Virus record (IMG/VR): IMGVR_UViG_3300042891_001512
Coordinates: 32,001-96,000 of that record
Length of the DNA: 64,000 bases
Source: a virus
Lineage: Duplodnaviria > Caudoviricetes
Direction: 5' to 3' (one strand)
Shown one piece after another: positions 1-9,790 of this stretch. Position 1 is the first letter of the stretch. Every line of letters starts with the position of its first letter. The notes beneath the pieces are model-generated. The model saw only the letters and a list, made by a program, of their open reading frames with translations, searched no databases and was not told the DNA's origin. The position numbers were made by a program, and so were the translations under genes.

Positions 1-1
1 T

Positions 2-1598
2 AATAAGCAAGGGCTTATAATCGAAGTTGCCGCTATACATGAGCGGATTAACAGCTAACTACAATAACTATTCAGCAATAGAATTAGAAAAGGCTCTCCA
101 GTCTTGGGTCGAGCCATACCCTAAGCCTATCATCCTTAACCATGATCTTAATTCTGAGCCAATTGGTCGTGTTATGGCCGCAAGAATGGACAAAGAAGAA
201 GATGGTTCGTCTTTTGTCCGTTTGCAGATTGCCGTGACCGACCCTGTTGCTGCACAAAAAATAGCCGATAAAAGATATATGACCGGTTCCGTGGGTGGAA
301 GAGCGGGCAAAGCTGTTTGTTCGATATCTGGCGATGATCTAGCATCAGAAGACGCAAGCGGCAAACCAAACGTTGCTAAATTTAAAAGAGGCAAAATCTA
401 CAAGGGCAAAATGGCTTTTGTTGATATGCAAGACATTTCCTTTAAAGAATACTCATTTGTTAACCAACCAGCAGATCAAAGATCTGGGGTAAGAGGTTCT
501 AAGTCTGTAGAGGGCAAAGCACCAGTTGCCGACTCAGAGAACTGGGTTGCTAGAAGCTCAGCTTTTGTCCTGCACATGGACAATGATGATATTGTTTCAA
601 TAAATGAAAATGAATCAATGTTTAAAAATATGAAGAAAAAAGAATCAAGACCAGTTTACCTGCATCTTAAAGGAGCATTCCTTAGTGCGATGGCTGTCCA
701 AGAGAGTGAAAATGTAATTAACGAAGAGTCTTCATTACTATCTAATGAAGACTCTATTGAGAAAAAATATGAGGAGAATCTTAAAATGGATGATACTGCA
801 GTGAATGAAGACATCCTCGCCGTCGCTCAAGAACTTAGCGAAGACCTTTCAACATTGGCGAGCGCTTCTAAGGAAGAGGAATCAGCAGAACAAGTAGCTG
901 ACGAAGCAAACGAATCAGCAAAAGCTGAAGTAGAAGAAGTAAAACCTCTTGAAGAACAAGAAGAACTAGTCGCAGTTGAGTCAGATGACGAATTAGCAAA
1001 AGCTAAAGCCCGCATAGTTGAACTTGAAGCACAGATCGCTTCTGCAGCACCAGCCGCAGAACAAGATTCTACAGAAGTTGCAGATGCAACAGAAGAACAG
1101 AGTGAAGAAGCAGTTGTTGATTCTGTTAAAGCTGAAATTTCTGAAGAAAATAAAGATACTGAAGGAACAGAAGCAGAGCTCACTGGTGAAAAAGTTGCCC
1201 CTGAGCAAAATGCTGATGATTCAGTCAATAAACTTCAGGCTCTTGAAGAAGAAAACCAGAAGCTTAGAAGTGCATTACATAGAACTCTTGCAGAAAGAGT
1301 TGTTGATGCAAAGATTACAATTGGTATTGAATCATACGAAGCTAGAGAAGCATTAGTAGCTGACCACGTTAAGCGTACAGCTTCTTCTTTAGCTGATTCT
1401 TTAAGAGATCTTGCAGGTATGCCAGCAGCCAAAAAAGCAAAAGCAAACTTGCCAGAAATTAATTCTGAAATCGAAGCTAGCGAGAATGAGACAGGTGTCA
1501 TAACTCTCGATAGAAAAGACGAAGAAAAAGAAACAGTAGAGTCAACACCACTTGAGGACATCTTTGTAGATGCTCTTATGGGCCGTCGTAAACTTTAA
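2..1598 (+). CDS. Prohead protease fused to acidic scaffold domain; 5' partial; +1 frameshift at CGGA 44-47
   Basis: Frame 2 reads NKQGLIIEVAAIHE, then CGGA, then frame 3 GLTANYNNYS...PYPKPIILNHD...PIGRV...TGSVGG...EYSFVNQPAD (HK97-type protease-like motifs). Glu/Ala-rich coiled C-terminal half. Lies upstream of the capsid genes. Confidence 0.8.
786..1598 (+). CDS. Probable nested in-frame scaffolding protein (internal start)
   Basis: GAGGAG at 771-776 precedes in-frame ATG 786 (MDDTAVNEDIL), TTACTAT at 735-741, and composition switches to acidic coiled-coil at this point. Confidence 0.55.
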   Translation: MDDTAVNEDILAVAQELSEDLSTLASASKEEESAEQVADEANESAKAEVEEVKPLEEQEELVAVESDDELAKAKARIVELEAQIASAAPAAEQDSTEVADATEEQSEEAVVDSVKAEISEENKDTEGTEAELTGEKVAPEQNADDSVNKLQALEEENQKLRSALHRTLAERVVDAKITIGIESYEAREALVADHVKRTASSLADSLRDLAGMPAAKKAKANLPEINSEIEASENETGVITLDRKDEEKETVESTPLEDIFVDALMGRRKL

Positions 1599-1628
1599 AA
1601 AAAATAATATCTTAAGGAGATAACTTAA

Positions 1629-2405
1629 ATGAGTTTAGCAAAATTTCGTAAAGTTGGCACCAAAACCGGTGCTGGTCGCTTTGTAGTTTCGCAGGGTATC
1701 GCACCTGCAGCCTACTTGCTCACACACCCAGGTCTTCCAACCTGGTACACAGATTCAGAAGATGATCGTTTTGAAGTAGTAATAACCAAGGGAACAATCC
1801 TTTCGGTAATTGCTGATAGCAATGGCGACGCACGCGTTGTCCCTGCAAACGGTACAGCATCAGACAAGGATTATGGAGACAATATGCCTTCAACCTGGGA
1901 TCCAATGAATGGCGCAACGCCAAACTATTCAGGATCGGGCGCAACTGACACAGTAACTGTGCCTGCTCGCTCCATCCCAATCGGTGTTGCGCAGTATGAC
2001 CTTTATCGTCCATTTGATAAGGGCACATCACAAGGTGCAGGTTTCATTACCCATGGTTACGTAGAGTACCCAATGGTTAGTGGATTGAACGCTGACGTAA
2101 CTGTTGGTTCGCTCGTAAGATCGGATAGCATGGGACGTCCAGTTAAGGCAGCGGCAGCGAATTTCTTAAATTCGACTGACGTTTATTCTTACCTCCAGGT
2201 TGGTAAGGTTATTGAGGTAGAAAAGTTTGCAACCAACTTTGATGATGGTCTGCTTTCCTACATGCAATTGCCGTCAGATCCAGGTGCTTTGAAGACTGTA
2301 TACGAGCTCACACGCTCGGGTTCATTCTCGGGTAAATTGGGTATACGTTCTAACTTGGACGTTACAAATGTGATTGGTGCATTCCGCGTCAATCTCACAC
2401 TTTAA
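1629..2405 (+). CDS. Head decoration / minor capsid protein
   Basis: 258 aa between scaffold and major capsid gene; strong RBS AAGGAG; beta-rich Gly/Val composition. Confidence 0.55.
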   Translation: MSLAKFRKVGTKTGAGRFVVSQGIAPAAYLLTHPGLPTWYTDSEDDRFEVVITKGTILSVIADSNGDARVVPANGTASDKDYGDNMPSTWDPMNGATPNYSGSGATDTVTVPARSIPIGVAQYDLYRPFDKGTSQGAGFITHGYVEYPMVSGLNADVTVGSLVRSDSMGRPVKAAAANFLNSTDVYSYLQVGKVIEVEKFATNFDDGLLSYMQLPSDPGALKTVYELTRSGSFSGKLGIRSNLDVTNVIGAFRVNLTL

Positions 2406-2434
2406 GAAACAATAGCAGGAGGAAAGATCCTAAG

Positions 2435-3499
2435 ATGAGTAAGACAATCCAAGAGCTCCTCTCGGGTCTCCCAGCATGGGAGACTGTATTAACCGAGGAT
2501 GGGCACATCGACGAAAACAATAGAGTGACCATCAAAGAGGCTTTTGCATCACCAGATGCAGCAGCACTTTTTCCTAAGGTCATCTCTCGTACACTTAGAG
2601 AAGCAGCAGAGCCACAGTTACTCGTGACTCCACTATTATCAACAGTGCGACTAGGAAAAGGACGCTCCTTGGAGTTTCCAGCCGTAAACGCAATTCAAGC
2701 AGCAGAAATTCCAGAAGGACAAGAGTACCCAGAACAGGCACTCGCATTTGCTAAGCAGATTGAAGGCAAAGTCTCGAAGAAGGGCGTTAAGCTCTCCTTC
2801 ACAGAGGAAGTCATCGCAGACTCCCTTTGGGATATTGTAGGTCTTCATGTTCGCGCAGCAGGTCGTGCAATGGCCCGTTTGAAGGAACAAATTGCCCTCA
2901 GCCGTTTCAAGGACGCAGCAACAATTGTGTTCGACAACGCTGGTGGCGGTTACGATAGCACAACCGGTAGAGGGATCGATGGCGAGTTCAACGACACTCT
3001 TCACTGGGATGATGTTATCGACATGGCTGCTGTTCTGATGGCAGAAAATCATGTCCCAACAGACTTTATCCTCCACCCATTGATGTGGTCGGTATTCTTG
3101 AAGGATGCGATTTTCCACACTGGTGGATCCGCTGCAGCTGTTAACACAAGCTGGGGCTACCGTCCAGACTCACCAAGTGGTGCACTCAATTCGACAGCCC
3201 CAATGGGTCTGAATGTAATTGTCACACCATTCGTAAGCTTCACTGCTAAGTCAGGTGCAACGCCAGCTAAGTCTGACGTGTTCTTGATTGACCGCAACGA
3301 AGTGGGTACCCTCCTTGTCAAGGATGAAATGAGCACAGATCAGTTTGATGATCCAACTCGTGACATTCGTCAGATGAAGATGAAAGAACGCTATGACATT
3401 GTAATGCTCGGTGACGGTGAAGGAATCACAGTTGCTAGAAACGTTAACCTTGCTCGTAACTACGAAGTTCAGGTTACCAACGATATTACAGTATCATAA
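2435..3499 (+). CDS. Major capsid protein (HK97-like fold)
   Basis: 354 aa; RBS AGGAGG; EIPEGQEYP, KKGVKLSFTEEVIADS and ERYDIVM segments typical of phage MCPs; followed by a terminator. Confidence 0.85.
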   Translation: MSKTIQELLSGLPAWETVLTEDGHIDENNRVTIKEAFASPDAAALFPKVISRTLREAAEPQLLVTPLLSTVRLGKGRSLEFPAVNAIQAAEIPEGQEYPEQALAFAKQIEGKVSKKGVKLSFTEEVIADSLWDIVGLHVRAAGRAMARLKEQIALSRFKDAATIVFDNAGGGYDSTTGRGIDGEFNDTLHWDDVIDMAAVLMAENHVPTDFILHPLMWSVFLKDAIFHTGGSAAAVNTSWGYRPDSPSGALNSTAPMGLNVIVTPFVSFTAKSGATPAKSDVFLIDRNEVGTLLVKDEMSTDQFDDPTRDIRQMKMKERYDIVMLGDGEGITVARNVNLARNYEVQVTNDITVS

Positions 3500-3539
3500 G
3501 ACCTTAGGGTTAGTTATAGTTACGAATCCCTAGAGAATG

Positions 3540-3573
3540 GGGGGTGTGAGAGAAATCTCCACCCCCTATTTTC
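3540..3573 (+). terminator. Intrinsic terminator after the capsid gene
   Basis: GGGGGTG(T)GAGA-GAAA-TCTCCACCCCC hairpin followed by TATTTT. Confidence 0.75.
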
Positions 3574-3591
3574 ATATTTACGTTTTGTTTA

Positions 3592-3598
3592 TTACTAT
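3592..3598 (+). promoter_or_regulatory. Putative late promoter motif TTACTAT
   Basis: 38 nt upstream of GTG 3630; same motif recurs at similar spacing before other genes. Confidence 0.55.
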
Positions 3599-3629
3599 TG
3601 ATACTAGTTAATAATTTTGGAGAATAATT

Positions 3630-4397
3630 GTGGCCCTATTTCTCATTGATCAAGCCAAAGTAAATGCGTACAGTGCGTCTATAAAATTTGGTAGAACAAT
3701 AAAAATATCTTCATTAAAAAATGAAAACTTTAAAGTCTATACAGATGCAGCTACTCCGGCACAGGTCACCGCTCCATTTGAAATTATTAATACAATAAAA
3801 GATTATAATCAGATTTCTAGAATTATAAGTCTTTATTGGAAAGCTAATTTAATTGATGGTCAATCTTATTTTATAAGAATTGAAAACATTGTAGACTCAG
3901 CTGGGTCTATAGTGCCATATGAAACGGTAAAGTTTACATATGTTTCTTCAGCCACCCCATCAGATAAAGAATTTGTAGATCCAGGTATTATTCCTGTTCT
4001 AATTGAAGATAAATCGATAAGAACAGAAGTAGACATTAGTTATAATATTATAGCTAAAAATCCTTTATTCTATATAGAAAATATTGACCCGATTGACGGT
4101 GATTTTTATTTATCAAATGATTACAATTATGGAAGAGTAACTGTAACATTTAATGAAAAACCAGCTTCAAACTTTTTGAATAATAAATATTTTTTATGCC
4201 AAAGAAAGAAAATCCAAAAAAGTCCTTCTAGGTGGGAAAATATTACGACGAGTGTAAGTACCCATTCGTGGAAGGCAGAAGTGTATATTGATTTCCCTTC
4301 ACTTGATGCAACTCCATCGTACTTTACTCCTGATAAAGATTATTTTGAACAAGGTTATAAATATAGAATTAAAATATCTAAAGATATTGGAATTTAA
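3630..4397 (+). CDS. Virion-associated protein with Ig-like beta domains
   Basis: 255 aa; GGAG RBS; VTVTFNEKP...YKYRIKISKDI resembles Ig-like repeats. Confidence 0.45.
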   Translation: MALFLIDQAKVNAYSASIKFGRTIKISSLKNENFKVYTDAATPAQVTAPFEIINTIKDYNQISRIISLYWKANLIDGQSYFIRIENIVDSAGSIVPYETVKFTYVSSATPSDKEFVDPGIIPVLIEDKSIRTEVDISYNIIAKNPLFYIENIDPIDGDFYLSNDYNYGRVTVTFNEKPASNFLNNKYFLCQRKKIQKSPSRWENITTSVSTHSWKAEVYIDFPSLDATPSYFTPDKDYFEQGYKYRIKISKDIGI

Positions 4398-4398
4398 T

Positions 4399-4812
4399 AT
4401 GGCAAATTTTATATATAAAAAAGCTAAAGAATCTTTATTAAATGGTGAATTTAATTTAAGTTCAAATAATTTAAAAGTTCTTCTTGTAGACAAATCTTTA
4501 TATGCGCCAAACGAAAATTTAGATCAACATATATCAGATATACCAGCGAGCGCTATAAAAAAAAGATCAAGCAATATGACTAATGTAGTTAACTCTTTGG
4601 GTGTATTAGATGCAGACAATGTTTCTATGGCCGATTACAACGGGCAGTCTTTTGATGCAATAGTTTTGTATCAAAGTGGAACTTCAGATTCTAATTCAAA
4701 GTTAATATTTTTTATAGATAATTCAAGTGGTTTACCATTTATCGGCTCCAATAGCAACACTCCTGTTACTATAATTTGGAGTGATTCAAATACTAAAATA
4801 CTTTCTATTTAG
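4399..4812 (+). CDS. Putative virion structural protein
   Basis: ATG 4399 follows the previous stop (MANFIYKKAKESLLNG...). Confidence 0.5.
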   Translation: MANFIYKKAKESLLNGEFNLSSNNLKVLLVDKSLYAPNENLDQHISDIPASAIKKRSSNMTNVVNSLGVLDADNVSMADYNGQSFDAIVLYQSGTSDSNSKLIFFIDNSSGLPFIGSNSNTPVTIIWSDSNTKILSI

Positions 4813-4820
4813 GAGTTTTT

Positions 4821-5159
4821 ATGGCAACAAATTACCCATCATCATTAGATAATTTTGTAAACCCAACAGCTAATGATACCTTAAATTCAATTACAGTACC
4901 ACATCACCAGCAACATACAGATCTAAACGATGCAGTAGAAGGAATGCAAACTGTTTTGGGAATCAACCCAGCAGGTTCTCATCTTACTGTTAAAGATAGA
5001 ATCATTGCGGCAGAAACAAATATTTCAACTCAATCAGTTCTAAATGGAATGACAGATGTTACTATAAGCTCAGCTGCGAGTGGTCAAGTATTAAGATATA
5101 ACGGCTCTCAATGGATTAATTATGCAGAGTCAAATCTTGTTGATGGAGGGAATTTTTAA
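4821..5159 (+). CDS. Small fibre-associated structural protein
   Basis: AGGAG RBS; carries the DVTISSAASGQVLRYNGSQWIN repeat shared with neighbouring fibre genes; ends DGGNF. Confidence 0.55.
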   Translation: MATNYPSSLDNFVNPTANDTLNSITVPHHQQHTDLNDAVEGMQTVLGINPAGSHLTVKDRIIAAETNISTQSVLNGMTDVTISSAASGQVLRYNGSQWINYAESNLVDGGNF

Positions 5160-5161
5160 AA

Positions 5162-6400
5162 ATGGCTAATACGCTAAGAATTAAAAGAAGGTCTAGCGCT
5201 GGAGCAGCAGGTGCCCCAGGAAGTCTTGAGAACGCTGAATTAGCGTTTAACGAAGCCGACAATACCCTTTATTATGGAACTGGAACTGGTGGGGCTGGTG
5301 GGACTGCAACTTCTGTAATCGCTATTGCTGGTTACGGTGCGTATACTACGCTTGGAACAGATCAAACAATATCTGGTAATAAAACTTTTTCTGGAACAGT
5401 AATAGTTCCAACACCAACTGCAAACACGCATGCAGCTACTAAATTATATGTAGATCAAGCAATTGGTGTAGTTGCTACTTCATTTACTGTAGCTGCTAAT
5501 ACTGGCTCTAATTTAACAATATCTAGTGGAACTGACACATTTACAATTGTTGGTGGAACCGGGATAACCACTGCAGCTAGTGCTACAGACACCATAACTA
5601 TAACAAACCAAGGTGTTATCTCTTTGACCGGGACAGCTAATGAAGTTTCTGTTTCCGCATCGAATGGTTCGGTAACTTTAAGTCTTCCGTCAAATGTAAC
5701 TATACCAAATAATCTTACCGTAACAGGCGATTTGGTTGTTAACGGCAATACAACAACGCTCAACACAGCAACTTTAGTGGTTGAAGATAAGAATATAGTT
5801 TTATCTAACACAGCATCTCCAACAGATATAACAGCAGATGGTGCTGGTATCACTGTTCTTGGTGATACGAATAAAACATTCAACTGGGTTGACTCAACAG
5901 ATTCTTGGACATCATCAGAGCATATAGATATAGCATCAGGTAAAGTTTATAAAATTGATGGGACTTCAGTATTAAGTAATACTACTCTTGGTTCTGGTGT
6001 TGTTAACTCAAGCTTGACATCATTAGGCACAATCACTGTAGGCACTTGGAATGGCACCACAGTAGGTGTATCCTATGGTGGTACTGGAGCAACAGATGCA
6101 GCAAATGCAAGAATTAATTTAGGTTTAGTAATTGGCACAAACGTACAAGCTTACGATCCAGAGTTGGCAGCAATTGCTAGCTTAACCTCTGAAGCCGATA
6201 AAATTCCTTATTTTACTGGAGCGAATACAGCGGCTCTTGCAACTTTTACCACATTTGGAAGAAGTCTTGTTGATGACGCAGATGCATCTACAGCTAGAAC
6301 CACATTAGGTCTTGGAACAATTGCAGTGCAAAATTCGAATAACGTTTCCATCACCGGTGGTTCTATAGACAATCTAACATTTGACGGCGGAACCTTTTAA
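5162..6400 (+). CDS. Tail-fibre-like protein
   Basis: Thr/Gly/Ala-rich; N-terminal IKRR...ELAFNEADNTLYYG fibre-type motif; VEDKNIVL domain shared with paralogues. Confidence 0.65.
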   Translation: MANTLRIKRRSSAGAAGAPGSLENAELAFNEADNTLYYGTGTGGAGGTATSVIAIAGYGAYTTLGTDQTISGNKTFSGTVIVPTPTANTHAATKLYVDQAIGVVATSFTVAANTGSNLTISSGTDTFTIVGGTGITTAASATDTITITNQGVISLTGTANEVSVSASNGSVTLSLPSNVTIPNNLTVTGDLVVNGNTTTLNTATLVVEDKNIVLSNTASPTDITADGAGITVLGDTNKTFNWVDSTDSWTSSEHIDIASGKVYKIDGTSVLSNTTLGSGVVNSSLTSLGTITVGTWNGTTVGVSYGGTGATDAANARINLGLVIGTNVQAYDPELAAIASLTSEADKIPYFTGANTAALATFTTFGRSLVDDADASTARTTLGLGTIAVQNSNNVSITGGSIDNLTFDGGTF

Positions 6401-6415
6401 TTAGGAAAGGTTTTC

Positions 6416-9148
6416 ATGACAATACCAAATTTAGTAAAAGGGCAAATAGCCTTAGATCCAACTAATGATTTATTGTATTATGTAAATGAATCTAACACGA
6501 TAGTTTCTACATCTTTATCTTGGGTAAAAAATAATAGCAATATATCTACAGCAGAAAATGTTGTTATAAGTGGAGACTTAACCGTATCTGGTTCAACGGT
6601 AACGGTAAATGTTGAAACTCTTCTAATAGAAGATAATATTATAGTTTTAAATACTGGGACTACCGGGTCTCCTAGTCTCAATGCAGGTGTTGAAATCGAA
6701 CGTGGCACATCAACAAACGTTCAATTGCGCTGGAACGAATCAACAGACAAATGGCAGTTCACAAACGACGGAACAACATTTTATAATATAATTGGCGAAG
6801 GAAATGATATAACTGCTAACATTGCCGGAACCTTAACTGGTAACGTAGTAGGTAACGTAGCCGGCAACGCAGACACCGCAACAAAATTAGCTACCGCTAG
6901 AACCATACAGTTAACTGGTCCAGTCACTGGTTCTGCATCTTTTGATGGTTCGTCAAACATCTCTATATCAACTTCACTCACTGCTGAATCTACAACTATA
7001 GGTAATTTATCAGATGTAACTATATCTTCTGCTGCCAATGGTGATTTTTTAAGATACAATGGTTCAGCTTGGATTAACGACGCGGTAGACCTTGGCACTG
7101 ACACTACTGGAAATTTTGTTTCGGATGTAACTAGTGGCAATGGTATTACAGTTACACATACTCCTGGTGAAGGTTCTTCAGCGGCTGTTGCGGTAGACAC
7201 CTCGGTTGTCGCTACGTTGAATGATAGTCAAATTTTAACAAATAAAACTTTAGCTACTCCAAGTTTTACTGGAGTTTCTCCAAAAATAACTTTGGGTGGG
7301 GATTTATACGGTAATGTAACTTTATCTAACCTGCAAAATGGCACACTTGACGCCTACTTACTTCCAGAAAGCGTTACTTTGGGAGTCCAAACTAGCGGAG
7401 ATTATGTAAGTCATTTGTATGCTGGTGCTGGAGTACAGATACAATTTGACAACAATAGTGCTGTTGGGTCTAATGCAACACTCTCTATAGGCCAACCAGT
7501 TGGCACAGGTGCTACCCCAAATTTTGTATCAGTAACAGCACAAAATTTTTATGGAAATGTTACAGGTGATTTAGTTGGAAATCTTACAGGAAACGTTTAT
7601 AACGCAACTGACGTAAATACAACAAACTTGTCAATAAATAGTTTTGGAATTGATCCAACTGGAGCGTTAGATGGAAAAGTATTAAAATATAGTTCTTCAT
7701 TGGGAAGATTTGTCCCAGCAGATGACAACGTTGCTACAGCAGGGTCTTTGAGTGTGAATGACTTAAGCGACGTTGACACAACAGGTAAAATAAATGGTCA
7801 TTATTTAAGGTGGAACCAAACGTCGAGCAACTGGGTGCCCGATATTGTTGACATGCCATCCAACATAGCATTGGGCACTAATACAATTGGTGCTTATGTG
7901 AAATCAGTTGAAGCCGGAAGTGGAATTACATTATCAAATAACTCAGGTGCAGCAGGTGCTACTCCAACATTTTCTGTTAACACCTCGGTTGTTGCAACAT
8001 TGAATGATAATCAAACTCTAACACAAAAAACGCTTACAAGTCCAACTATTACTGGCATCTCTCCTGTGATTACTTTAGCTGGAGATTTAACTGGTTCAGC
8101 AGCTTTAACAAACCTTGGTGATGCAACGCTAACCGCCGCAATAGCAGCCAACTCTGTTGCACTAGGAACTGATACAACTGGCGACTATGTATCCTCACTT
8201 GTTGCAGGAACCGGAATTACACTTGCGAATAATTCTGGAGAAAATTCAACGCCAACGATCTCTATAGGTCAAGCAGTCAATACAAACTCTAATGTTACTT
8301 TTGATACTGTCACAACTACTGGGAGTATAACAGTTGCTGGAAATATAAATGTTTCAGGTTCGCTTGTAACGACTAATCAAACAAGTTTGTCTATTGAAGA
8401 TCCAATTATTTACTTAAATAACGGAGCCACTCCTAGTGACCCAGATCTAGGTTTTGCTGGGAACTATAATGATGGCACCTATCGACATGCAGGTTTATTC
8501 AGTGACGCATCTGACGGCCACAAGTTTAAATTCTTTAAGGGTCTCACTATTGAGCCGACTCATCCAATCAACACATCACACGCATCATATGCTGATGGTG
8601 ATGTTGTTGCTAACACTTTTGAAAGCAAAGTTGCAACTGGTTCAGCACCTTTGGTGATAGCTTCAACGACATTAGTTCCAAATCTAAATGCCCAGTTTTT
8701 AAATGGTCAAGCCGGCACATATTATGCTCCAACAGCTTCTCCAACTTTTACTGGCACTGTAACTTTACCATCCAATACTGTTACAAATTCCATGATAGCT
8801 TCAAACACTATCGACTACTCTAAACTAGCTAGCGGACCAGCAACATCTAACTTTAATATTATTTTTAATGATCAAGTTGGTGCTTACACGTTAGTCACTG
8901 GAGATTTGGCAAAAATGGTAACAATTAATAGCGCTTCAACCACGGTCGTCACAGTGCCAAACATTCTTAATACTGGAGATCAAATTACTGTTTTGTCAAA
9001 AGGAACAGGAACAGTAGAACTTAGAGGGGATACTGGAGTAATCGTAAACGCTACTCCAGGTCGCTACTTGCGAGCACAGTGGTCTTCTGCTACACTAGTA
9101 AAACTAGGAAATAATAGCTGGTTGGCTATCGGAGATTTGAAAGCATAA
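6416..9148 (+). CDS. Tail-fibre-like protein
   Basis: 910 aa; IEDNIIVLN...ERGTSTNV..RWNE domain; C-terminal domain shared with 15179-17215. Confidence 0.65.
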   Translation: MTIPNLVKGQIALDPTNDLLYYVNESNTIVSTSLSWVKNNSNISTAENVVISGDLTVSGSTVTVNVETLLIEDNIIVLNTGTTGSPSLNAGVEIERGTSTNVQLRWNESTDKWQFTNDGTTFYNIIGEGNDITANIAGTLTGNVVGNVAGNADTATKLATARTIQLTGPVTGSASFDGSSNISISTSLTAESTTIGNLSDVTISSAANGDFLRYNGSAWINDAVDLGTDTTGNFVSDVTSGNGITVTHTPGEGSSAAVAVDTSVVATLNDSQILTNKTLATPSFTGVSPKITLGGDLYGNVTLSNLQNGTLDAYLLPESVTLGVQTSGDYVSHLYAGAGVQIQFDNNSAVGSNATLSIGQPVGTGATPNFVSVTAQNFYGNVTGDLVGNLTGNVYNATDVNTTNLSINSFGIDPTGALDGKVLKYSSSLGRFVPADDNVATAGSLSVNDLSDVDTTGKINGHYLRWNQTSSNWVPDIVDMPSNIALGTNTIGAYVKSVEAGSGITLSNNSGAAGATPTFSVNTSVVATLNDNQTLTQKTLTSPTITGISPVITLAGDLTGSAALTNLGDATLTAAIAANSVALGTDTTGDYVSSLVAGTGITLANNSGENSTPTISIGQAVNTNSNVTFDTVTTTGSITVAGNINVSGSLVTTNQTSLSIEDPIIYLNNGATPSDPDLGFAGNYNDGTYRHAGLFSDASDGHKFKFFKGLTIEPTHPINTSHASYADGDVVANTFESKVATGSAPLVIASTTLVPNLNAQFLNGQAGTYYAPTASPTFTGTVTLPSNTVTNSMIASNTIDYSKLASGPATSNFNIIFNDQVGAYTLVTGDLAKMVTINSASTTVVTVPNILNTGDQITVLSKGTGTVELRGDTGVIVNATPGRYLRAQWSSATLVKLGNNSWLAIGDLKA

Positions 9149-9151
9149 TTT

Positions 9152-9581
9152 ATGTCAAGTGGAGATAAAACAGGTTCAAGAAAAGCACCTAAACCTACTC
9201 TAGCAAGTCGGAACACCTAAAGCAAATGCTAACACAACAATAACTAGTGCAGGTTTCGTCGTTGGCAATGTGACCAGCATACCAACTAGTATTCCTGGCA
9301 ACCCACTTCTTGACACAGTTGCCACAGCTGTAACTGATGCTTCTGTTGTTCCCATCGGGACTACTATAGATTATTCTATAGTTAGCCCGTTCTTTCCACC
9401 ATATTTTCCGCCATTCTTCCCACCATTCTTTCCACCATATTTCCCACCGTTTTTTCCACCGTTTTTTCCACCCTTTTTCCCACCCTTTTTCCCACCGTTT
9501 TTCCCACCGTTTTTCCCACCTTACTTCCCACCGTTTTTCCCACCGTTCTTCCCACCTTACTTCCCACCATCGTTTAAGTAA
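9152..9581 (+). CDS. PASTA-like domain + (F/Y)FPP x15 repeat protein; +1 frameshift at CGGA 9209-9212 (142 aa if joined)
   Basis: ATG 9152 three nt after the previous stop; MSSGDKTGSRKAPKPTLAS-[CGGA]-TPKANANTTITSAGFVVG...; paralogue at 17217. Confidence 0.75.
9390..9569 (+). repeat. 12-bp coding tandem repeat, 15 units encoding FFPP/YFPP
   Basis: Directly visible; synonymous third-position variation between units. Confidence 0.95.
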
Positions 9582-9743
9582 ATGGAAGTTTTTGATCAAA
9601 CACATATTCAACAAAATAGGTTAAGAATATGTGAACAATGTGATTTTTATATTAAATTAACTCAACAATGTAAAAAATGTGGTTGTTTTATGAAAATAAA
9701 AACTAAATTAAAAAACTCTACATGTCCACTTCAAAAGTGGTAG
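9582..9743 (+). CDS. Small Cys-rich (Zn-binding-like, DUF6171-like) protein, 53 aa
   Basis: Not in the ORF track: MEVFDQTHIQQNRLRICEQCDFYIKLTQQCKKCGCFMKIKTKLKNSTCPLQKW; ATG abuts the previous stop. Confidence 0.7.
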   Translation: MEVFDQTHIQQNRLRICEQCDFYIKLTQQCKKCGCFMKIKTKLKNSTCPLQKW

Positions 9744-9750
9744 TATTATA

Positions 9751-9757
9751 TTACTAT
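9751..9757 (+). promoter_or_regulatory. Putative late promoter motif TTACTAT
   Basis: 40 nt upstream of ATG 9791. Confidence 0.55.
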
Positions 9758-9790
9758 AATTTAAGATTTTCTGTATAGAAAGAGGAAACT

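Noticed and set aside
4766-5066. Additional TTACTAT copies inside coding regions
   Set aside because: Explained by Val-Thr-Ile codons (GTT ACT ATA) and not at the ~40 nt spacing.
9390-9569. Tandem repeat as CRISPR array or non-coding satellite (also 17452-17643)
   Set aside because: 12-bp units without spacers; variation is mostly synonymous, so it is a coding repeat.
9195-9614. Minus-strand and alternative-frame ORFs over the FFPP repeats (WEKRW, VGKT, SHRF translations; also 17408-17680)
   Set aside because: Shadow ORFs of the repeat; no RBS and opposite to operon direction.
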